DNA of 64,000 nt, taken from IMG/VR virus record IMGVR_UViG_3300032236_002285, positions 62,001 through 126,000 of that record, one strand, 5' to 3'. Position numbers and translations under genes: made by a program. Each line of letters starts with the position of its first letter. Within the stretch, counting starts at the first letter, position 1. The notes below the pieces were generated by a model. The model was not told where the DNA came from, did not search any database, and saw only the letters and a list, made by a program, of their open reading frames with translations. This document shows positions 57,387-64,000 of the stretch, piece by piece.

Positions 57387-57423
57387 AGGGCCGACTGGAT
57401 TTGACTCCCTTCCGCATCCACCA
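57387..57423. other. 37-bp tRNA/tmRNA end-like remnant
   Basis: agggccgactggatttgactcccttccgcatccacca; GC-rich; ends CCACCA on +; reads AAATCCAGTCGGCCCT on -. Confidence 0.45.
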
Positions 57424-57425
57424 CC

Positions 57426-57644
57426 TTATTTTTCTAAACAAGGAAACTTATTCGTTTCGATATAACTAATTATACCTCTTATGAATAATTCTTTTATCAC
57501 AGACTCACAAGTGTATGTTTTATCTGAATAAAATTCAATGTTATTTCTAACATTATCCATTCCAATCTTATATAGGACATCATCTGGAAAGTTTTTAGTT
57601 TCCACATTTCTTTCTAATAATAATTGTCTTATCATCTGTTTCAT
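57426..57644 (-). CDS. Small hypothetical protein
   Basis: 72-aa ORF in operon. Confidence 0.6.
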   Translation of the reverse strand: MKQMIRQLLLERNVETKNFPDDVLYKIGMDNVRNNIEFYSDKTYTCESVIKELFIRGIISYIETNKFPCLEK

Positions 57645-57660
57645 TGGAATGTTATTTTTT

Positions 57661-57831
57661 TTACTTTTTACCTTCTTCAGTAGATGCTGCTCTGTAAGGA
57701 GTAACTAATTTCTTAATTTCACCTAAAGCTTTTCTTGCTCTTGAATCAGACACTTTGCTAGTAGCATTGTGATTTTTTTCAAATTCATCCCAAAGTTGTT
57801 TCAATTGATCAAAAATTTCTTACTTTGTCAT
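57661..57831 (-). pseudogene. Histone H1-like Hc1-type protein with an in-frame TAA at codon 4
   Basis: MTK*EIFDQLKQLWDEFEKNHNATSKVSDSRARKALGEIKKLVTPYRAASTEEGKK. Confidence 0.65.
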
Positions 57832-57879
57832 TTTATTTTATTTTATTTTTGTAATCCCTTAGTATTAAAGGGATTTAGT

Positions 57880-59106
57880 TTATCCGAAAATATCGTCAGC
57901 GTCAGATGAGTCAGTGAAACCATTTGAATCATCTTCTTCGCCTATCATTTCATTAAATTGACTCTCTACTTTATCCATCTCATCAATTGACTTAAATCTA
58001 AAGTAATCGTTTACAATCGGAGCCATTTTTTGTAAAACTTCTGGTGTGAAAACATCAGAGTTAAATAATTGTTTAGTTGTTACTGTTTTATCTAAATGAG
58101 AAACATACCAACGATTTCCACCAGGAACAAATGTCATTTCACCTGTTTTTTTATCAACATCCATTTTACCTTGCGCAATACCAATTTGATTAAAGTATTC
58201 AGGACGACAAAAAGCATCTAAACCAGTATATGGATTAAGACCATTTAAGAAAGAGATATCAAATCTAATTTTCTTAGGTTTAGCTAAACGATTCTTTTGA
58301 GTTTTGAAAAGAACTGAAATACCTGATTGACCTAAGTCCATATCATCTTCTTCTCCAGTTTTTAATTTAGATTTAGAAAGAAATCCTAAAACTGATGCTG
58401 AGTAAACAAGACCCATACCACCTTTAGAAATCTCTTTTGGAAATAAATCCTGTGTTAAATAAGTGTGGTTACAACAAACCATTGGAATATCAAGATAACC
58501 TAAGTCAGAACTAATACTTCTGAAAAGAGCATTTAATTGTTTAGCTCTTGTCATATCTTGTTTGATATCACCTTTTAATAAGTCAGCTTTTTCTTTGTTA
58601 GATGACATCATACCAATAGAGTCAAGTACTACTAAGATTTTTGGAATTTCAAATCCACCCATTTTAGCTTCTTTTAATTCATCTAATAGTTGAGTTAAAG
58701 AGATATTAATATCTTCAACTTTGTTAGATCTAATTAATCTAAATTTGTTTGTATCATTGTCAATACCCATTTTAGTAATACCTTCTAAGTCAATAGAGTT
58801 TTCTGTGTCAATATAGATAACTGAGTAGCCATCTTTTTGAGCTGATTTACATATTGAGTAGGCAATAAATGATTTACCTGCTCCTGATTCACCTAATAGA
58901 CCGAAAATACGACCTGCTAAGATACCACCACCTACTAGTTTAGCTGATAGAGCGGCATCTAATAAATAAACACCTGTAGAGATGTAACTTCTTTCTTTAA
59001 TTTCTTTTTCAATTTGAATTGGAACTGACTTTGCTATGTTGTCCAAAATAGTCCCTACTTTACTGAATTCAAACTTCTTCGTTTCTTTTCCTGTTGCTTT
59101 TGCCAT
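57880..59106 (-). CDS. uvsX: RecA-like recombinase UvsX
   Basis: ISTG, GESGAGKS, YIDTENS, VVLDSIG, NHTY, GG.G..YSAS. Confidence 0.92.
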   Translation of the reverse strand: MAKATGKETKKFEFSKVGTILDNIAKSVPIQIEKEIKERSYISTGVYLLDAALSAKLVGGGILAGRIFGLLGESGAGKSFIAYSICKSAQKDGYSVIYIDTENSIDLEGITKMGIDNDTNKFRLIRSNKVEDINISLTQLLDELKEAKMGGFEIPKILVVLDSIGMMSSNKEKADLLKGDIKQDMTRAKQLNALFRSISSDLGYLDIPMVCCNHTYLTQDLFPKEISKGGMGLVYSASVLGFLSKSKLKTGEEDDMDLGQSGISVLFKTQKNRLAKPKKIRFDISFLNGLNPYTGLDAFCRPEYFNQIGIAQGKMDVDKKTGEMTFVPGGNRWYVSHLDKTVTTKQLFNSDVFTPEVLQKMAPIVNDYFRFKSIDEMDKVESQFNEMIGEEDDSNGFTDSSDADDIFG

Positions 59107-59212
59107 TTTAATAATTTTTATTTTATAATTTATATATTAAGAAACTTACTCCCCCTTTCAAAAAAAATTAAAATAATTTTGAAAGGGGGTTAGGATTTTT
59201 TATATATACTTT

Positions 59213-59896
59213 ATGACAAGATTTGAATTCTTAGAAAAAGCAAGAAATATACACGCTTATAAATACAATTATTTAGATTTGTCGTTTAAGATAACCTTAA
59301 ATGACAAGATTAATATTGAGTATAAAGGTGAAGTATATACTCAAACTGTTTCTAAACATTTAATGGGTAGATGTCCAGAAAAAGCAACTAAAAGAAAAAC
59401 AACACAAGAATTTATTTCAGAAGCCAAGAATATATGGGGTGATAAATATGACTATTCAATTACTGAATATACCGGTGCTTTGAATGATATTAAAGTTATT
59501 TATAATGGCATTGTTTATGAACAAAGAGCCAGTTCTCACTTATTAGGTCTTGCTCCTGAATTTAGAAATAATGAAGATAGTTTATTAAGAGATAAAGTAA
59601 ATCAATCAGATAAAGAAGGAATTAATGATATTAAAGAGTTCTTAAAAAAGTATCAGATTGAATACGAAGTGAATAAAAGCCTATATAATAATATATTTCA
59701 GTTTTATTTACCAAATAGAAGAACTGTAATAGAATACCTAAGTAAAGAACATTATCTAATTAAAGAATTAGATAAAAAGAAAGAAGACTACTGTGAGGAT
59801 AACTATATTGATTTAATTAAAATTAACTACAACCAGTTTGATGATATTTATAGAATACTTTGGGATAACCTAATTAAAACAAAAAAGACTAGTTAA
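59213..59896 (+). mobile_element. Degenerate homing-endonuclease-like protein (two DUF723-like repeats plus decayed nuclease)
   Basis: FLEKARNIHAYKYNY and FISEAKNIWGDKYDYS repeats; FQFYLP..IEY where DFYLP..IEYDG is expected. Confidence 0.6.
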
Positions 59897-59909
59897 AACT
59901 AGTCTTTTT
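59881..59909. terminator. Bidirectional terminator
   Basis: aaaaagactagtt-aa-aactagtcttttt. Confidence 0.85.
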
Positions 59910-59911
59910 AA

Positions 59912-60298
59912 TTAAATATAATCATCATCATCAAAGTCATGAAATGTTTTTAGATTAATGAAGTATTTTTTACCATCTTCAGTTTCTATATTAAGCAGAT
60001 GACTAATACTTTCATCATCATCTTCGATAGTTACATACATATCAGTAACATCTTTTTTATTTTCGTTTAATAAAGATTCTTCAACCTTTCCAGGTATTTC
60101 TAAATATTGATCCAATACTTCTTTAGTTTGATGATCAGTTTCATCAAATTTAACCTCATTATCATAAAGGCTAACTTTCTTATCAGCAATCAACTTTTGT
60201 AAAAGCGGCTCGCTTGTAAATAAACTCACTTCTTCTGGAGTAAGTTTTACTGATTTTGAGTGTGATTCCTTAATGAAATCTGCGTATTTCTTTATCAT
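59912..60298 (-). CDS. Hypothetical protein with CTS-like N-terminus
   Basis: MIKKYADFIKES. Confidence 0.7.
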   Translation of the reverse strand: MIKKYADFIKESHSKSVKLTPEEVSLFTSEPLLQKLIADKKVSLYDNEVKFDETDHQTKEVLDQYLEIPGKVEESLLNENKKDVTDMYVTIEDDDESISHLLNIETEDGKKYFINLKTFHDFDDDDYI

Positions 60299-61049
60299 TG
60301 TTTTCTGTTTGAGGTTTTATTTTATAAAATAATATAACTGCTAATATTAAAATATTAGTAGCGTAATTTAATAGTAATGGTAAATCTAATTTATCATAAA
60401 CATATGCTAAAGCAAAGATTTCACCGAATGCCCAAAGAAGAACAAACCCCCAAGAAATTCCGTGAGAATGTTTATCTTTGATTGATTGCCAAGCTTGTGG
60501 AATTCCACAAATAGCTAAACATATAGAACCTAACCAACCAAGAATTTCAAATAGTGACATTCCTTTTGTTTGTTCTGATATACCAGCCGCTGAAATTTCA
60601 TCCAAATTTTTTGGTTCAATCTTATAATCGTATTTATTTTCAATATGTGATGATAGCTTACTAAATAATTCTTTGAACTTTTCTTGATCATTATTTTTTA
60701 TATTAGATTTAATTTCATCTAATAAAGCAGATAATTCAGCGTCTTTAGAAATATCTTCTTTTTTTCTTATATCAGAAATTTCTTGAGCTTTATTCTTAAA
60801 AACAATAACACCATCTTTTTCAGCAGTAATAGTTGTTGGTATTATATCTTTACTTTGAGACATAGCCGGAGTTGATGTTAGAAGTGACCCAGCTAATGAA
60901 GCTCCTATTAAACCTTTCTTCAAATCTAATTCTTCTTTCACCTTGGTTACTTTAACTTTAGGATCTGGCATCCAACCATATGTCTTTTTAGATGGTTTAG
61001 GATTGAAATTTGATTTCAAAAATTGTTGATATGTTTTTACCTTTTTCAC
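60270..61049 (-). CDS. CTS-like and signal-like N-terminus fused to a PQ-loop/SemiSWEET domain
   Basis: GWLGSICLAICGIPQAWQSIKDKHSHGISWGF...LLLNYATN; GTG start. Confidence 0.8.
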   Translation of the reverse strand: MKKVKTYQQFLKSNFNPKPSKKTYGWMPDPKVKVTKVKEELDLKKGLIGASLAGSLLTSTPAMSQSKDIIPTTITAEKDGVIVFKNKAQEISDIRKKEDISKDAELSALLDEIKSNIKNNDQEKFKELFSKLSSHIENKYDYKIEPKNLDEISAAGISEQTKGMSLFEILGWLGSICLAICGIPQAWQSIKDKHSHGISWGFVLLWAFGEIFALAYVYDKLDLPLLLNYATNILILAVILFYKIKPQTENNDKEIRRFH

Positions 61050-61060
61050 TTAGTTATATA

Positions 61061-61582
61061 TTAATTTTCATTATCATTTTCATCTTCAATTAAGTCAGCT
61101 GCTTTATTCATATTGATTTTAATATGATCAATTCTTTTGGCTTCTTTATCATTCTCATATACTGATTTGACCAATTCAACTAATTCTTTAAGTATTTTTG
61201 GATTAGCTTTACAATTTTCAGGTTCTCCTTCACAAATAATATTTAACTTATAGAATTCTTTATTATTATATTTTGAAATTTTTTTACTTGCTAAAAATTC
61301 CTGACTTTGTAAGTCAAAACCACCAGATTTGAAAGAAATAACAGCCCAGAGCTTAATTGGTGTATCTTCAAAATCAACTGTCCATTTATCAACTTTATGA
61401 CTTGTTTGTCCATGAATCGCATAGCCACCATCGTTTTGCGTACTAGTAAATTCAATCTTGTATGGTGAAATATCTTTAACTTTCTTTAAACGAGCTATAT
61501 ACTCTAAAGCGATTTTATCATCTTCAGTTGGTTGACTCTTAAAGAAGTCAAAGAAACCTTCATATGTTTTTAGATTCTTCAT
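61061..61582 (-). CDS. Hypothetical protein with CTS-like N-terminus (paralog of the N-terminal part of 63085)
   Basis: MKNLKTYEGFFDFFK..DDKIALE..RLKKVK; AADLI. Confidence 0.7.
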   Translation of the reverse strand: MKNLKTYEGFFDFFKSQPTEDDKIALEYIARLKKVKDISPYKIEFTSTQNDGGYAIHGQTSHKVDKWTVDFEDTPIKLWAVISFKSGGFDLQSQEFLASKKISKYNNKEFYKLNIICEGEPENCKANPKILKELVELVKSVYENDKEAKRIDHIKINMNKAADLIEDENDNEN

Positions 61583-61600
61583 TAAAGTGTATATATTAAT

Positions 61601-61631
61601 TTTGATTTTATCAAAAAATGTAGTATATTTG
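61601..61631 (+). promoter_or_regulatory. Bacteroidota sigma-70-type promoter
   Basis: TTTG-N19-TATATTTG. Confidence 0.7.
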
Positions 61632-61635
61632 AAGT

Positions 61636-62151
61636 ATGAGAACTGTATTATTTATCATCTTAATGATTATTAACTCAATTGGTTTTGCTCAAACTAAGCT
61701 TGATAGTTTAGTTTTTGTTAAAGTAAATGAGTATAGAGTTTCTTTAGGTCTTAATAAAGTAGAATTTGATACCGCTTGTTATAAAGCTGCTGATTGTCAA
61801 GCTACTTATCAAATGGCTAATAATGTTTGTGGCCATACTCAAAAATCACCTGGATTTGAAACCTTAGATAAGAGATTGAAATACTTTGGTAGAAAGAATT
61901 ATATGTTTGCTGGTGAAGTTTGTGCCGCAGTTCCTGTTAATGGTCGAGTTACTGATACTACTGTTTATGATAGATTAGCTACTGCTATAGTTGAAGGTTG
62001 GAAACACTCACCAAGTCACAATGAAGTTTTAATGGATCCAAAATATAAATACGCAGGTGTTAGTTGTAAGTTACAAATTACATCAAGTGGATTTAAGAAC
62101 ATCTTACACTACTTCTCTTTTGATAGTATGGAGTTTTTTGATAAAAAATAA
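61636..62151 (+). CDS. CAP/SCP-domain exported protein
   Basis: Signal peptide; VNEYRVSLGL, GHT, GWKHSPSHNEVL. Confidence 0.85.
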   Translation: MRTVLFIILMIINSIGFAQTKLDSLVFVKVNEYRVSLGLNKVEFDTACYKAADCQATYQMANNVCGHTQKSPGFETLDKRLKYFGRKNYMFAGEVCAAVPVNGRVTDTTVYDRLATAIVEGWKHSPSHNEVLMDPKYKYAGVSCKLQITSSGFKNILHYFSFDSMEFFDKK

Positions 62152-62175
62152 AACCTCTCAATTGAGAGGTTTTTT
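62150..62175. terminator. Bidirectional terminator
   Basis: aaaacctctc-aatt-gagaggtttttt. Confidence 0.85.
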
Positions 62176-62176
62176 A

Positions 62177-63073
62177 TTAAAATCCAAAACACTTTGATAT
62201 ATTCTTATAATGCTTAACTTTTCCGTGATGATGGAATAGTTTAATATGTGGGAATTTAATTTTAATTCTGTGATATTCTTGAGATTTAACATCCTTACTT
62301 AAATAGTAAGTTTTTGATTCTTCCGGTGATATTTTTTTAATAGTATTAGATTTAATTACTACATCATTCTCTAAGTAAATAATTTTTACAGTTACAAATC
62401 TTGCTGATGGATCTTGTTTTCCTTGTCCCATTTCAAAAAGATGTGCAGTATCAATTAAGCTATCATCAATACCTTCATTCTCAATGATGTATTTTGAAAT
62501 AGATTCACATCTTGCTTTAGCTAAACCTTTATTATTTGGTTCGTAACCTTTTGCTTTAAGTTCGTTTTGTAGTTTTATTGACAAACCTTGTTTATCAGTT
62601 GATGATTGAATTTGAATACCAATGATTGTATGGTTACTTGATTCAATATTATTAATTACTTGTGAAACACTATCAGCCATTTCAGGTGAAATAGTATAAA
62701 CGCCAGAAGCAAAATATTGATTATCGCCAAAAATAATCTTTTCACCTTTTATAACTGTTTCAGGTGCTGTTTCTGTCAATTCTTTAAAAAGTGTATCAAC
62801 AACTGTTGAGTCTAAGTTATAACCTTTTTTTTGTAATCTTTCTAATGATTTTTCATCAGTTACTTTTTTATGTAAAGTTTTTGTAACTTCTTTACCAGGC
62901 CACTTAACCTCGATGCCACTTTTGTTTACTTTTATAGGTCCAGGTCCACTTGGTGATGCCTTCATTTGACCGGGTAATAATGAACCAGCAGCTATAGCAG
63001 TACCTAAAAGAGCATCTTTCCAACCCTCTTCCTCATTGATTTGAAATTCATCAAATTTTTTAATATTCTTCAT
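62177..63073 (-). CDS. OmpA-like C-terminal domain protein with CTS-like and signal-like N-terminus
   Basis: YFASGVYTI, SSTDK, NKGLAKARCESISKYI, RFVTV. Confidence 0.65.
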   Translation of the reverse strand: MKNIKKFDEFQINEEEGWKDALLGTAIAAGSLLPGQMKASPSGPGPIKVNKSGIEVKWPGKEVTKTLHKKVTDEKSLERLQKKGYNLDSTVVDTLFKELTETAPETVIKGEKIIFGDNQYFASGVYTISPEMADSVSQVINNIESSNHTIIGIQIQSSTDKQGLSIKLQNELKAKGYEPNNKGLAKARCESISKYIIENEGIDDSLIDTAHLFEMGQGKQDPSARFVTVKIIYLENDVVIKSNTIKKISPEESKTYYLSKDVKSQEYHRIKIKFPHIKLFHHHGKVKHYKNISKCFGF

Positions 63074-63084
63074 AAGTGTATATA

Positions 63085-63888
63085 TTATTTAAATTTATTT
63101 GGGAATATATGTCTCCACTCGTGACCTTGTGGAACATCTGAGACTTTAACACCAAATATCTTTTTTTCTGGACAAGTGTCCTTACCATCCATTAAGAAGT
63201 TATTATTACAAGCCCAAACTTCTACATTTCTTTGTAGTAATTGACCTACTGAAAAAGGAAATCTAATTCCTGTTTCATTTTCAATACCAGTGATTCTACC
63301 ATCTGGTGATTTAGTAACAACTATTTCTAATCTTGGGTTTCTTTTATTAGTGAATTTAACTTCTCTTTCGTGTATAGACTCATCAATTAAATCAGCCGCT
63401 GGATTGATTTCAGTTTGAATTCTATCCATTCTTTTTCTTTCGTTATCTTCTTTATAGATTTTATCTATTAGTTTGAATAATTTAATTCTATAAGATTCTT
63501 TAGATCTAATTCTTTCACATAAACCGGAATTATTACCAATAAATAGTTTCCATTTATTTACACACTTTTCTTCTCTTGCTGGAAGTCCAGTATCTGTGTA
63601 TACTAGAGTATGTCTATCATTTGATATAATTAAATCAACATCATCAAATCTAACAACATATATAACGCTATAATATTCTGATTTAACTCCATTTTCAACA
63701 CTATCTGCTGCTTTAGACATCCAAGCAGGTAACCTCATTTCTTCACTCTGTATATCATGAATTTCATATGGATTATTGTCTTTGACTTTTTCAAGACGAT
63801 GTATCATATCCAATGTGATTTTATCATCATTGGTATCTTTCTTAAAGTAATCTAAGAACCCTTCATTATAAGATTTTAAGTGTTTCAT
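63085..63888 (-). CDS. Hypothetical protein with CTS-like N-terminus
   Basis: MKHLKSYNEGF; paralog of 61061 plus an extra C-terminal domain. Confidence 0.7.
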   Translation of the reverse strand: MKHLKSYNEGFLDYFKKDTNDDKITLDMIHRLEKVKDNNPYEIHDIQSEEMRLPAWMSKAADSVENGVKSEYYSVIYVVRFDDVDLIISNDRHTLVYTDTGLPAREEKCVNKWKLFIGNNSGLCERIRSKESYRIKLFKLIDKIYKEDNERKRMDRIQTEINPAADLIDESIHEREVKFTNKRNPRLEIVVTKSPDGRITGIENETGIRFPFSVGQLLQRNVEVWACNNNFLMDGKDTCPEKKIFGVKVSDVPQGHEWRHIFPNKFK

Positions 63889-63906
63889 TAACACTATATA
63901 TTATTT

Positions 63907-63999
63907 TTAGAAACAAGAAAGATATTTTTCTCCTCTATCACATAATATAGTAATGATATTACCTTCCATATCTGGGTATTTTTCTAACAATCTTTCTGA
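63907..63999 (-). CDS. C-terminal end of a probable cysteine synthase (PLP-dependent); partial
   Basis: ..EGNIITILCDRGEKYLSCF* resembles the CysK/CysM IVxILxDxGERYLS end; runs off the window. Confidence 0.55.
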   Translation of the reverse strand, partial: SERLLEKYPDMEGNIITILCDRGEKYLSCF

Positions 64000-64000
64000 T

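Noticed and set aside
57387-57425. Complete tRNA or second tmRNA
   Set aside because: Only 37 nt, with no pairing acceptor stem, D-arm or anticodon arm
1-64000. Stop-codon reassignment as in some large Bacteroidota phages
   Set aside because: Conserved genes are full length and tightly packed in the standard code; the single in-frame stop is TAA in one small gene
1-64000. CRISPR array, canonical tRNA genes, integrase or transposase
   Set aside because: No regularly spaced repeats, cloverleafs or recombinase ORFs were seen by eye

Overview
This 64-kb window is AT-rich, gene-dense DNA from a large T4-like (gp23-type capsid) dsDNA phage, read in the standard genetic code. Several TTTG-N19/20-TAnnTTTG promoters suggest a Bacteroidota host. 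Core genes: major capsid protein, gp41-like helicase, the N-terminal half of a split family-B DNA polymerase, UvsX, RuvC-like resolvase, NrdA, ThyA, a baseplate hub protein, tail-associated proteins and two DNA methyltransferases. Main observations: (1) a Ro60/TROVE gene preceded by two Y-like RNAs, one 65 nt and one 287 nt with an unexplained ~215-nt structured domain; (2) a tmRNA with a 29-aa tag that does not end in Ala-Ala; (3) four scattered ORFs derived from different parts of the major capsid protein, each carrying an R-x-x-K-I-x-x-I/L motif shared with about ten other ORFs; (4) at least 22 ORFs starting with a T4 capsid-targeting-sequence-like peptide, including SemiSWEET-, OmpA-, Dps-, methyltransferase- and ankyrin-type domains; (5) a LAGLIDADG gene flanked by two synonymously different copies of the Dam YFGGK codons; (6) three distinct promoter classes. 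All family assignments come from recognising motifs by eye; no database search or folding program was run.
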